DNA of 34,521 bases from an uncultured Patulibacter sp. (GCA_964519185.1 CAZFIQ010000003.1:1-34521); one strand, 5' to 3'. Positions 17,363 to 26,269 are shown, numbered from the stretch's first letter. The notes: generated by a model from the sequence alone, not told the origin. Numbers and translations are program-made.

Positions 17363-18858
17363 GGCCGGCTCACCGGCCCCATGATCAGGCGGTAGCCGTC
17401 GTTGTCCTCGGTCTCCAGGCCCTGGTTACCGGGCGCGTTGCCGATCTGGGCGCGGTTCACGCTGAACGGCTCCTTGCCGGCTTCACACTCCGCGACCTGC
17501 CCGGGCGACGCGGTGTTCGGGTTGGGGTTGCTGTTCAGCCGGTTGTTCTTGTCCGACGTCGGCTGCAGCAGCTGCCGCGCCGGCGGAGGCGGCGAGACCG
17601 GCGGAGGCGGCGGGACGGAGTCGGCCGGAGCGGACGAGGGTCCGCCCTCGCCGTTGGGCGCGACCGGCAGGACCACGACGGCGACACGCGCCGAGCTGCC
17701 GGTCGTGGTGGTGTCCGACAGCAGGCTCCAGAGGTTGCGCGTCATCAGCGTGATGTAGTTGCAGCGGCTCTGGGCCGGGGTGATGTGGGCCACCGGCACG
17801 TCCAGCACCGTCGCCGTCCGCGCCAGGTTGCTGAGCCCGGTCAGCACCCGCGGGTCCTGGCCGAAGGCGTCGACCGCGTCCAGCGTGGTCGCCAGCCGGC
17901 GGTTGAGCTCCGGCGCGCGCTTCAGCGCCGGCGTGCCGGCGGTGACCGCCGTCGCCAGGCCGGGAGCCGCGGCGCTGAGCGACGCGAAGGCCGGGCGCAG
18001 CCGCCGGAACAGCTCGGTCGAGTTGTCCATGAACTCCGCCTGCCGCGGGAACTCGTCGGTCGCGGTCTGCAGCGCCTCCGGCCCCAGGCGGATCGTCTCC
18101 TGGAGCTCCTCGCGCACGCTGGCCCAGGCCGAGAAGGTCTGGTACAGGCCGGTGAACATCCGGGCCTGCTGCTGGGCGACCGGCGCGACCTCGTTGGCCG
18201 CCTGGGCGAAGGCCGGGAACAGCCGGTCGAAGCGGGTGCTCGGCGCCAGCAGGTTGCGCAGCGCCGGCTCCGCCGCGGTGACCAGCGGCAGCAGGCCCTT
18301 GAACGCCCGGTTGAGGTCGCCGCCGCGGCCGATCATCGCGTTGCCGAACTCGTACGTGTTGAGCTGGGCCGCGGTGCGGGTCGGCTCGTCGAACATGTTG
18401 AAGAAGTCGTCCAGCTCGACCGGCTGATCGCCCGCCAGCTCGACGCCGAGCGTGTCGCCGCTCCCCAGCATCTCCCGCGACGTGCCCGCGGTCAGCTCGG
18501 CGTAGCGCAGACCGAGCGGGGACCGGGGGCGGATCGCGATCCGGCTGTCCTTGGGCAGCGGCCGCGCGATCTCGTCGAGCTTCATGTCGATCGTCGCGCC
18601 GACGCTGCCGTCCGGGTCCTGACGGGTGTGGATCGCACTGACGAAGCCGATCCGCGCGCCGCCCTTGCGCACGTCGTTGCCGACGATCAGGCCGGCCGCG
18701 TCCGGGATCTCGGCGCTGATGTCGTAGGTCCGGACGAACGGCAGGCCGCTGTTGGCGTTGTAGGCCAGCACGACCGCGACCATCGCGATCAGGACGGTCG
18801 CCGCCCCGATCAGCACCGGGTTGGCGGCCAGCGAGCTGCGCTTGGCGCGGGTGTTCAC
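17359..18858 (-). CDS. Mce/MlaD family protein (3rd)
   Basis: GTG start at a GTGA overlap. TM helix, then GNDVRKGGARIGFV and IRPRSPLGLRYAEL. Pro-rich tail. Confidence 0.88.
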   Translation of the reverse strand: MNTRAKRSSLAANPVLIGAATVLIAMVAVVLAYNANSGLPFVRTYDISAEIPDAAGLIVGNDVRKGGARIGFVSAIHTRQDPDGSVGATIDMKLDEIARPLPKDSRIAIRPRSPLGLRYAELTAGTSREMLGSGDTLGVELAGDQPVELDDFFNMFDEPTRTAAQLNTYEFGNAMIGRGGDLNRAFKGLLPLVTAAEPALRNLLAPSTRFDRLFPAFAQAANEVAPVAQQQARMFTGLYQTFSAWASVREELQETIRLGPEALQTATDEFPRQAEFMDNSTELFRRLRPAFASLSAAAPGLATAVTAGTPALKRAPELNRRLATTLDAVDAFGQDPRVLTGLSNLARTATVLDVPVAHITPAQSRCNYITLMTRNLWSLLSDTTTTGSSARVAVVVLPVAPNGEGGPSSAPADSVPPPPPVSPPPPARQLLQPTSDKNNRLNSNPNPNTASPGQVAECEAGKEPFSVNRAQIGNAPGNQGLETEDNDGYRLIMGPVSRP

Positions 18859-20261
18859 CGGGTCTCCTCCGGCTCGGGGCCGAGCAGCGACTCGAGCTGC
18901 TGCTCGGTCGGCGACGGCTTCCGGGCGGCGCGGGTGCTCGTCGCGGTCGACGTCGACCGCGACGAGGCCTCGTCGTCGTTGCCGCTGGGCCGCACGTCGT
19001 CCGGGGTCGCGCGCAGCCGGCCGCTGCACAGGCTGTTGACGGAGACGTTGTTCCCCGGCACCGGATTACGGTCGACGCAGCTCGTCGGGATCACCTTCGA
19101 CCGCAGGTAGTGCGAGGTCCCGTCCTTGCCGTTCAGCGCGCCCGTGTAGTAGTAGACGAGCCGCGCCAGGTTCTCGATCCCGCCGGTCTCGTCGAAGCTG
19201 ACGCCCAGGTCGGAGAGGTTGCGGGCCAGCGGCGCCAGCGGCGTGGCCAGCTGCTCGAAGCGGCCGACCAGCGGCGCGATCCGCGGGAAGGTCTTGCTAC
19301 CCCGCTCGGCCGCCTGGCCGAGCGTCACCAGCGCCGGTCCGGACGCCTTGACGAACGGGCCGAACCCGGTCACGGCCTTGTTGAGCGCCGGCGCCTGGGC
19401 GGCCAGGTTCTCGACGCTCGGCCCGACCTGGTCGGCCAGCGCGCTGATCCGCTCGGTCGCGGGCTTCAGCTCGCGCAGGAACGCCGGGAACTTCTGGAAG
19501 TTCGCCTCCAGCGCGTCGCCCTCTTCCGCCGCCGCGGCCGCCGTCTCGCCCGCGGTCCGGACGAAGCCCGACAGGTCGGTCCGCTTGTCCGCCAGCGCGG
19601 CCATGATCTCGTCGGACTGGACGGTCAGATTCTCGATCAGCGTGTTCTGGCGGGCCAGGACCTCGACGAACGCGTTGGCCTGGCGCAGCGTCGGGTTGGC
19701 GCGGTGGATCGCCTCGCGCAGCTCCTCGCCGTTGCCGGCGACCGCCGCGCCGAACTCGTTGATGATCAGCCGGAAGCGCTCCTGCTCCGGCACCCGCATG
19801 ATGTTGCCGATCAGGTCCGGCCCGACCGGCGAGCTGGTCCGGTCGACGGCCAGCAGCCGATCGCCCTCGTCGGGCCCGTCGTCGATCCGCGCCAGCGGCG
19901 CCGGCAGCGGCGTGCCCTCGGCCCGCGGCTGGGTCGGCTTGCACTCGATGAACTGCTCGCCGATCAGCGACTGCAGGCCGACCCGGCAGGTCGCGTCGGC
20001 CCGGAAGTCCTGGTAGACGGGGTCGGTGATCTCGATCGTGACCGCGGCGCGGTTCTCCGGGGTCAGCTCGACGTCGGCGACGGTGCCGACCACGACGCCG
20101 GCCACCTTGACGTTCGAGCCCGGGATCACGAAGGCCGCGCTGTCGAAGATCGCCCGCACGCGGTAGCGCCCGGAGTCGTCGCCGCCGGAGGCGACCGCGG
20201 CGACCGCGATCACCAGCACCAGGACGGCCGCCAGACCGGCGACGATCGTGCGCCGGCTCAT
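18855..20261 (-). CDS. Mce/MlaD family protein (2nd)
   Basis: Start MSRRTIVAG at an ATGA overlap. TM helix, then GSNVKVAGVVVGTV and QSLIGEQFIEC. Confidence 0.88.
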   Translation of the reverse strand: MSRRTIVAGLAAVLVLVIAVAAVASGGDDSGRYRVRAIFDSAAFVIPGSNVKVAGVVVGTVADVELTPENRAAVTIEITDPVYQDFRADATCRVGLQSLIGEQFIECKPTQPRAEGTPLPAPLARIDDGPDEGDRLLAVDRTSSPVGPDLIGNIMRVPEQERFRLIINEFGAAVAGNGEELREAIHRANPTLRQANAFVEVLARQNTLIENLTVQSDEIMAALADKRTDLSGFVRTAGETAAAAAEEGDALEANFQKFPAFLRELKPATERISALADQVGPSVENLAAQAPALNKAVTGFGPFVKASGPALVTLGQAAERGSKTFPRIAPLVGRFEQLATPLAPLARNLSDLGVSFDETGGIENLARLVYYYTGALNGKDGTSHYLRSKVIPTSCVDRNPVPGNNVSVNSLCSGRLRATPDDVRPSGNDDEASSRSTSTATSTRAARKPSPTEQQLESLLGPEPEETR

Positions 20262-21613
20262 CGCGGGCCTCCCGGGACCTGGGCCGGTTCGCAGTCGGCG
20301 TTGGACAGCGGGCCGTCGTCGACGAACGGCGCCGAGCCGTCGGCCGGGCGCGGCATCCCGCTGCCCGGGCAGGGCTTGACGTTGCCGCCGACCAGGCCGC
20401 CGCCGCTGCCGCGGTTGGCCGGCGGGTTGGCGGCCAGGCTGCCGCCCGCGCCGTCCTCGCTGAAGCGGAAGGCGTCGAAGACCGGCAGCGTGCGGAAGTA
20501 GTGGCCGGAGGCGTCGTACTGGGCGGACGCCGACGCGAAGCCGCGGAACCAGCCGATCAGGTCCGGGCCGTAGGGCCGGAAGAACGAGACCATCGGGGTC
20601 GAGGTCTTCAGCGCCTCGCTGCCGGCGGGGAACGCCACCCGGGTCTCCCGCTCCAGCGGCGGCAGGTCGCGCAGCGAGTCCAGCACGTCGTTGCCCTCGC
20701 CCTTGCGGTCGAGCATCAGCCGCAGCTGGCGGAACGCCGGGACCGCGGCCTGCAGCGTCGGCGTCAGCTCCTGCTTGAAGTACGGCGCCAGGATCCGCGA
20801 CGGCTCGTCGGACGCCTTGACCAGCCGCTCGAAGTCGTCGATCGCCGGGGTGAAGTCCTCCAGCGCCTTGGTCCCCTGCTCGAGCAGTCCGGGGAAGTTC
20901 TCCAGCACCGTGTTCAGCGCCTCGGTGTCGGCGCCGATCGCGCTGACCGTCCGGCGCGCGTTGCTCACGGCCTCGGTCAGCTGCTCGTGGTTGGAGGCGA
21001 CGCCGCCGAGCGCCGGGCCGGCGGTGGTCAGCAGGCGCTCCAGCTGCGCGTTCTGCGCGTTGATGTCCTTGGCCAGCTGGCTGAACGCCCGCATCGCGCG
21101 CGGGAGTTCCTTGGCGCTGGCGTTGCCCTGCTTCTCCATGCCGTCGTTCCACTGCGCGAAGCCCTTGATGGTCTTCTGCAGGCCCTCGCGCGTCTGCTCG
21201 TCGAGCATGTTGAAGATCTGGTCGATCTCGACGGTCGACTGGGTCGACTCCATCGCGATCAGCGCGTTGTCCTCGAGCGGCTTGCCCAACCCGGATCCGG
21301 GGCTGATGTCGACGTAGCGCGACGCGATGCCGGCCTGGCCCTGGGCCCGCACGGTGGCCGTGGTGCCCTCGCGCAGCGGAGCGAACTCCTCCTTGACGGA
21401 GACGGTGACCAGCGCCAGGTTGTCCGGCGTCAGGTCGATCTCCTCGATCAACCCGACCGGGTTGCCGCCGATCCGCACCACGCCGCCCTCGACGAGCTGG
21501 CTGGCGTTCTGGAAGACCAGCCGGTACTCGCGCGATGGTCCGGGCGTCAGCACCAGGGCCAGCAGCACGACCACGACGACGCCGGCGGCGATCGCGGGGA
21601 GCAGCCGACGCAC
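20258..21613 (-). CDS. Mce/MlaD family protein (1st); start uncertain
   Basis: GTG at 21613 gives MRRLLPAIAAGVVVVVLL (TM helix), then FQNASQLVEGGVVRIGGNPVG and ASRYVDISPG. Confidence 0.85.
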   Translation of the reverse strand: MRRLLPAIAAGVVVVVLLALVLTPGPSREYRLVFQNASQLVEGGVVRIGGNPVGLIEEIDLTPDNLALVTVSVKEEFAPLREGTTATVRAQGQAGIASRYVDISPGSGLGKPLEDNALIAMESTQSTVEIDQIFNMLDEQTREGLQKTIKGFAQWNDGMEKQGNASAKELPRAMRAFSQLAKDINAQNAQLERLLTTAGPALGGVASNHEQLTEAVSNARRTVSAIGADTEALNTVLENFPGLLEQGTKALEDFTPAIDDFERLVKASDEPSRILAPYFKQELTPTLQAAVPAFRQLRLMLDRKGEGNDVLDSLRDLPPLERETRVAFPAGSEALKTSTPMVSFFRPYGPDLIGWFRGFASASAQYDASGHYFRTLPVFDAFRFSEDGAGGSLAANPPANRGSGGGLVGGNVKPCPGSGMPRPADGSAPFVDDGPLSNADCEPAQVPGGPR

Positions 21614-21937
21614 GCGGCGCCCGACATGGGTTGTACGGCTCAGGACTCTTCTCTCTCTCTGCTCTCCGAGGGCACGACCGACGTGCCTCGGGGACGAGCA
21701 CGACCAATATATCCGGACGCCCCGTGTCCGAGACGGTTGCGATTCGGTTATGGCCGAGAAAGCCCCGTTCAAACGGGAGATCCGCGCGATCGGTGCGCGA
21801 CCGCCCGCCCGCCGCCGGGGCGTTGATCTACCGCAAGTAGGGTCGCGGTCGGCTCCGAACCGGAGACGCGGCCGCCCACTGCGGACGGTGCATGCGCGTC
21901 AACTGCGTCACGAACCCCCCGAAAAGGTGTACGTTAA

Positions 21938-21951
21938 GTGACGTCAATCAC
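21938..21951. promoter_or_regulatory. Possible CRP/GlxR-type site in the divergent mce / secreted-protein intergenic region
   Basis: GTGA-cgtcaa-TCAC (N6 spacing). The outer T and A of the TGTGA-N6-TCACA consensus are missing. Confidence 0.3.
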
Positions 21952-22034
21952 CAGACCGAGGTCGTTCACCCGGACGCGCTACGTGTTCGGCGAGACCGGA
22001 CGGCCTGGCCCCCACCAGGAGAGAGAGCCCCTCT

Positions 22035-22793
22035 ATGCGCATGCGCACGCTCGCTGTTCCCACCGCGGTGATCGCGGCCCTGTCGGTGTCCGCCGTGGCG
22101 CCGTCGTTCGCCCAGTCCCCGGCGCCGGTCACGTCGATCTCCGGCACCGCCACCGTGACCCCCAACAAGGCGGGTACGACCAAGAAGCCGCAGTCGGTCA
22201 ACCTGCGGGTCCGCGGCAAGGTCTCGACCACCGGCGAGGATGGCCTCAACAAGCCGGTCATCGAGCGGGTCGAGATCCTCTTCCCGAAGGGCTCGCTCTA
22301 CGCCGGCGGCAAGCTGCCGAAGGGCGTCAAGGGCAAGGTCACGCCCAAGTGCGCGGAGTCCGCGATGCTCCGGGGCCTGCCCAGCCGGGTCTGCCCGAAG
22401 GGCTCGATCGTGGGCTCGGGCACCGGCTCGGCCTGGGCCGACATGGTCCGCACGCGGGTCAAGTTCACGCTGGTCAACGGCGGCGCCAACCGGGTCTTCC
22501 TGTTCACCGAGATGACCAACCCGGCAGTCGTCCAGATGCCCGTCCCCGGCGTGATCAAGAAGATGTCGGGCAAGTGGGCCTACAAGCTGACGCTGACGGT
22601 GCCGGACGAGCTGCAGATCGTCGCCGGGACGCCGATCTCGCTGATCGACTTCGACGTCCGCACGAAGTCGAAGAACTGGCTGTTCACCACCTCCTGCCCG
22701 AGCAACAAGCGGTGGCCGTTCGAGGTCACCTCGTTCCAGAGGGACAACGCGACGGCCCCGGCCAAGTTCGCGTCGACCACGCGCTGCCGCTGA
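22035..22793 (+). CDS. Secreted hypothetical protein (basic, beta-rich, 4 Cys)
   Basis: AGGAGAG RBS. Signal peptide ending near SFA-Q. Codon pattern typical of high-GC genes. Confidence 0.75.
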   Translation: MRMRTLAVPTAVIAALSVSAVAPSFAQSPAPVTSISGTATVTPNKAGTTKKPQSVNLRVRGKVSTTGEDGLNKPVIERVEILFPKGSLYAGGKLPKGVKGKVTPKCAESAMLRGLPSRVCPKGSIVGSGTGSAWADMVRTRVKFTLVNGGANRVFLFTEMTNPAVVQMPVPGVIKKMSGKWAYKLTLTVPDELQIVAGTPISLIDFDVRTKSKNWLFTTSCPSNKRWPFEVTSFQRDNATAPAKFASTTRCR

Positions 22794-22873
22794 TCCGTAC
22801 GATCACGCAGCGACACCCGCGGTGAGCGTCACCCGACGCCCACCGCACCCGTCGGAGAGAGACGAAGGGCCCG

Positions 22874-22908
22874 AGGCCCCCGCGAGTCCCAAGGATTCGC
22901 GGGGGCCT
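22874..22908 (+). terminator. Hairpin terminator
   Basis: AGGCCCCCGCGAGTCC-caa-GGATTCGCGGGGGCCT, a 16-bp stem with one G-U pair. Confidence 0.6.
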
Positions 22909-22948
22909 TCGCGTTGGGGCGCCGGGTTGCCGGCGTGCACGAAAACCG

Positions 22949-22962
22949 GCATCATTCGATGC
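22949..22962. promoter_or_regulatory. Putative VapB operator
   Basis: GCATC-attc-GATGC palindrome 25 nt upstream of vapB. Confidence 0.4.
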
Positions 22963-22987
22963 TGAACCACGCACACAGGAGCCCCGG

Positions 22988-23179
22988 ATGCGCACCACAC
23001 TCGTCCTCGACGACGCCTTGCTGACCGAAGCCCAGCGCCTGACCGGCGTGCACGAGAAGACCGCCCTCGTCCGCGAGGGGCTGAAGGCCCTGGTCGAGCG
23101 GGAGAGCGCCCGCCGCCTGGCCCGCCTGGGCGGCAGCGATCCGGCGCTCGAGGACGTCCCCCGGCGACGGTCCAGCTGA
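22988..23179 (+). CDS. vapB: Type II antitoxin VapB
   Basis: MRTTLVLDDALL..A..LTG..EKTALVREGL (RHH-type). Lies directly upstream of a PIN gene. Confidence 0.9.
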   Translation: MRTTLVLDDALLTEAQRLTGVHEKTALVREGLKALVERESARRLARLGGSDPALEDVPRRRSS

Positions 23180-23181
23180 CC

Positions 23182-23553
23182 GTGGTCCTGGTCGACACCT
23201 CGGTCTGGATCGACCACCTGCGGTCGGGGAACGAGCATCTCGCCGACCTGCTCGACCGCGGCCTCGCCCTCAGCCACCCCTGGGTCATCGGCGAGCTGGC
23301 GCTGGGCAACCTCGCGCGGCGGGCTGAGATCCTCGGGCTGCTCCAGGCCCTGCCGCAAGCATCGATCGCCACCGACGCCGAAGTGCTCCGCCTGGTCGAG
23401 CGGCACGCGCTCCACGGCCGCGGCATCGGCTACGCCGACGCCCAGCTCCTGGCCTCAGCCCGACTGACGCCCCACGCGCGGCTGTGGACCAGGGACAAGC
23501 GCCTCGCCCGGGCGGCTGGCGACCTGGCCGTCGGGCACCAAGGCGGAGGCTAG
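23182..23553 (+). CDS. vapC: Type II toxin VapC (PIN domain ribonuclease)
   Basis: VLVDTSVWIDHL, VIGEL, GIGYADAQLLAS and LWTRDKRL, with the acidic PIN residues present. Confidence 0.92.
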   Translation: MVLVDTSVWIDHLRSGNEHLADLLDRGLALSHPWVIGELALGNLARRAEILGLLQALPQASIATDAEVLRLVERHALHGRGIGYADAQLLASARLTPHARLWTRDKRLARAAGDLAVGHQGGG

Positions 23554-23589
23554 CTCGACGCCCCACCGATTCCGGCGCGCAACGGCCCG

Positions 23590-23853
23590 CTACAGGCCGC
23601 GATAGACGTCGCTACGGTGCCCGGCGCGGAGCACCAGGACCACCAGCCGCCCGTCGTCGATCTCGTAGACGATCCGGTAGTCGCCGGTGCGCACGCGCCA
23701 CTCCCCCGCGCCGCCGACCAACTGCGTGGCGGCCGGGGGTCGCGGATCGCCGGCCAACAGCTCCAGCGCGGCCTGGATCCGGCGTCGCGCCGGAGGGTCG
23801 AGCTTGCGCAGCTGACGCGCGGCCGCGGGCGCCAGGACGACCTCGAAGCTCAC
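23590..23853 (-). CDS. relE: Type II toxin RelE/ParE family
   Basis: AARQLRKLD...DPRP...WRVRTGDYRIVYEIDD...GHRSDVYR. GTGA overlap with the antitoxin. Confidence 0.9.
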   Translation of the reverse strand: MSFEVVLAPAAARQLRKLDPPARRRIQAALELLAGDPRPPAATQLVGGAGEWRVRTGDYRIVYEIDDGRLVVLVLRAGHRSDVYRGL

Positions 23854-24122
23854 GACAGACCGAGGTCGACCTTGGCCTGCTCCCACGGGATCAGCAGAGC
23901 GGCCGTCTCCCGCATCTCGTGCCGGGCCTCCTCGGCCGCGCGGATGTCCGCCATGTCCTCGGCCAGCTCGATCAGCTGGTCGAGCTGCTCCGCGCCGATC
24001 ACGGCGGCGACCCGACGTCCATGGCGCTCGAGGTAGACCGGCTCGCCGGTCGTCGTCGCCTGCTCGATCACGGCCGCCAACCGCTGGCGCGCATCGGATA
24101 CGGACAACGGGTGAGGGGACAT
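23850..24122 (-). CDS. Phd/YefM family antitoxin
   Basis: LSVSDARQRLAAVIEQA...EPVYLERHGRRVAAVI, with an acidic C-terminal half. Confidence 0.88.
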   Translation of the reverse strand: MSPHPLSVSDARQRLAAVIEQATTTGEPVYLERHGRRVAAVIGAEQLDQLIELAEDMADIRAAEEARHEMRETAALLIPWEQAKVDLGLS

Positions 24123-24130
24123 ACACAAAA

Positions 24131-24158
24131 TGTACCGTTTGTACGCTTCGTACGGAAG
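24131..24158. promoter_or_regulatory. Putative Phd/YefM operator (three GTAC cores)
   Basis: TGTAC (24131), TGTAC (24140) and CGTAC (24149) at 9-bp periodicity, immediately upstream of the antitoxin ATG. Confidence 0.55.
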
Positions 24159-24310
24159 TGAGAGTTCCATCTCCCGAGAGAGCAGCCAGCGGCCCCGCCT
24201 TCGCCCCCGCTCCTCGACGTGCGTGCGCGCGCCGACCGGCCGCACGCGGATCTGCCGCCGGCCAGCGGCAGATCCGCGCCACGCATCGGCGCCGGCATAG
24301 AGTGCCCACC

Positions 24311-24676
24311 ATGTACCTCGGGAACCTCGACGACGCCGAACCGTTCACGACCCTCGACGGGTCGACGATCCGCGAGGTCGCCGGGCCGGTCTCGCTGCCG
24401 ACCGAGCAGCAGTCGCTGGCCGAGGCCAGCGTGCCGCCGGGCGGCACGACGATCGCCCACCTCCACCGCACGTCCGAGGAGCTGTACTTCTTCACCGGCG
24501 GCAGCGGACGGATCCGCGTCGGCGACGAGGAGCGGAACGTCCAGGTCGGCGACTGCGTCGTGCTCCCGCCGGGCACCCCGCACAAGCTGTTCAACGACTC
24601 GGCCGACCTCCCCCTGACCCTGCTCTGCTGCTGCGCCCCGCCCTACTCGCACGACGACACCGAGCTGCTGGAATAG
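24311..24676 (+). CDS. Cupin domain protein
   Basis: Metal motif HLH...EELYFF..G.G...PPGTPH. C-terminal CCCAPPYSHDDT. Confidence 0.85.
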   Translation: MYLGNLDDAEPFTTLDGSTIREVAGPVSLPTEQQSLAEASVPPGGTTIAHLHRTSEELYFFTGGSGRIRVGDEERNVQVGDCVVLPPGTPHKLFNDSADLPLTLLCCCAPPYSHDDTELLE

Positions 24677-24680
24677 CCCC

Positions 24681-25520
24681 ATGCCGATTCCCCTCGCTCC
24701 CACCGTCGCCCTCCGTCACGGCGCCGCGATGCCGCGCCTGGGCCTCGGCACCTGGCCGCTCGACGACGCCGGGGCCGAGCAGGCCGTCGCGACGGCGCTC
24801 CGCTCCGGCTACCGACTGGTCGACACCGCGTTCAACTACGGCAACGAGGTCGGCGTCGGACGGGGCATCGCCGCCAGCGGGATCCCGCGCGACGAGGTCT
24901 TCGTCACCACCAAGCTGAACCGCGAGGACCACGGGATCGACGAGGTCCAGCGAGCCTTCGAGCGCAGCGCGACCAAGCTCGGCGTCGACGTGATCGACCT
25001 GTTCATGATCCACTGGCCCAACCCCGCCCAGGACCGCTACGTCGACGCCTACCGCGGCCTGGTGCGGCTGCTGGAGGACGACCGGATCCGGGCGATCGGC
25101 CTGTCGAACTTCACGCCCGCGCAGATCGACCGCGTGGTCGCCGCGACCGACGTCTGGCCCGACGTCGACCAGATCGAGCTCGACCCGACCCGCACCCGGG
25201 CCGACGTCCGCGAGTACCTCTCCCGTCACGGCATCGTCTGCGAGGCCTGGAGCCCGCTCGGCGGTCAGGGCGACGACCTGCGCCACCACCCGACGATCGC
25301 GGCGATCGCCGCGGCCCACGACCGGACCGCGTCGCAGGTGATCCTCCGCTGGCAGATGGCGATCGGCAACGTCGCCGTGCCGAAGTCGGCCGACCCCGAT
25401 CGCCAGCGCGAGAACCTCGACGTCTTCGACTTCCGGCTGAGCGACGCCGAGATCCACCAGATCGAGTCGCTCGACGACGGCCGCGCGCCGATCACCGACT
25501 CGGACGTCTTCGGACACTGA
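24681..25520 (+). CDS. Aldo/keto reductase (2,5-diketo-D-gluconate reductase-like)
   Basis: MPRLGLGTW, GYRLVDTAFNYGNE, VTTKL, DLFMIHWP, IGLSNF, WSPLG and PKS. Confidence 0.93.
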   Translation: MPIPLAPTVALRHGAAMPRLGLGTWPLDDAGAEQAVATALRSGYRLVDTAFNYGNEVGVGRGIAASGIPRDEVFVTTKLNREDHGIDEVQRAFERSATKLGVDVIDLFMIHWPNPAQDRYVDAYRGLVRLLEDDRIRAIGLSNFTPAQIDRVVAATDVWPDVDQIELDPTRTRADVREYLSRHGIVCEAWSPLGGQGDDLRHHPTIAAIAAAHDRTASQVILRWQMAIGNVAVPKSADPDRQRENLDVFDFRLSDAEIHQIESLDDGRAPITDSDVFGH

Positions 25521-25555
25521 ACGGGCGCCCGCGTACCCCGCGCTACGATCGCGCC

Positions 25556-25915
25556 GTGACCGGCGAAGGCGACCAGCAGCGCACCGACCTGGCGTCCGCG
25601 CGCACGACGCTGGCCGCGGAGCGGACCACCCTCGCGCTCGAGCGCACCGTGCTGGCGTGGTGGCGGACGGCGCTCGCGTCGCTGGCGGTCGCGCTCGCCG
25701 TCGGCCGGTTGCTGCCCGAGGTCACCGCCCACGACACCGTCTGGCCGTACGAGCTGCTCGGCGTCGCCTTCGGCCTCTACGCGGCGTCGCTGTTCGGATA
25801 CGGCGCGGTGCGCAGCCGGGCGTTGCCGGCGCGCACCGTGCGGCCCTTCGTCGCCGCCGCCACGGTCGGCACGTTGCTCGCGTTGGGCACGGTCGCGATC
25901 ATCGCCGCCGGCTGA
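25556..25915 (+). CDS. YidH/DUF202 family membrane protein
   Basis: RT.LA.ERT.LAW.RTAL motif and three hydrophobic helices. Confidence 0.8.
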   Translation: MTGEGDQQRTDLASARTTLAAERTTLALERTVLAWWRTALASLAVALAVGRLLPEVTAHDTVWPYELLGVAFGLYAASLFGYGAVRSRALPARTVRPFVAAATVGTLLALGTVAIIAAG

Positions 25916-25953
25916 GATCGGGCCGGTCGCGCCGCCACCGTCGGCCCGCCCGG

Positions 25954-25980
25954 CGATGACTCCGCGCTCGTCGCCCGGTC
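25954..25980 (+). promoter_or_regulatory. SigG/ECF56-type promoter upstream of the STAS gene
   Basis: CGATGA (25954-25959), 18-nt spacer, GTC (25978-25980). Confidence 0.65.
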
Positions 25981-26003
25981 TCAGGAGGGAGCGAGAACCC
26001 GCC

Positions 26004-26243
26004 GTGTACCTGCCCGCCCGACACACCCAGCCGCCGACCGCCTGGATCTTCGACGCGCAGAGCGGCCGGCTGCTGGGCCGCGTGGTGCTCCGGCGGCACG
26101 ACCTGCGCGAGCTCGACGCGGTCGCCCGGATCTGCCGGGACGCCAAGCGGATCGGGCAGCGTCCGACCCTGCGCGGCGGCAGCCCCGAGCTGACCGCGCT
26201 GCTGGACCTGGCGGGCCTGACCCGCGCGGTCGGCGTCGGCTGA
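26004..26243 (+). CDS. Small STAS-like domain protein
   Basis: DL..LDAVAR....A.R.G....LRGGSPEL.ALL.LAGL pattern. AGGAGG upstream. The start at 26004 was chosen because it lies downstream of the predicted promoter. Confidence 0.6.
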   Translation: MYLPARHTQPPTAWIFDAQSGRLLGRVVLRRHDLRELDAVARICRDAKRIGQRPTLRGGSPELTALLDLAGLTRAVGVG

Positions 26244-26269
26244 CCGAGCCCGCCCGGGCGGGCGGAGGG

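Noticed and set aside
18855..21707. 950-aa ORF, and similarly extended ORFs at 226, 1119, 5153, 5782, 16268, 19029, 24594 and 28204
   Set aside because: The N-terminal extensions are Arg/Pro/Gly-rich off-frame read-throughs of neighbouring genes. The real starts lie further downstream, mostly at ATGA/GTGA overlaps.
10410..21941. Long plus-strand ORFs antisense to the mce operon, and similar shadow ORFs elsewhere
   Set aside because: These are typical stop-poor shadow frames of high-GC DNA with no recognisable motifs.
25956..26003. ATG at 25956 as the start of the STAS-like gene
   Set aside because: This ATG lies inside the predicted -35 element CGATGA. The RBS-like AGGAGG is downstream of it, which favours the GTG at 26004.
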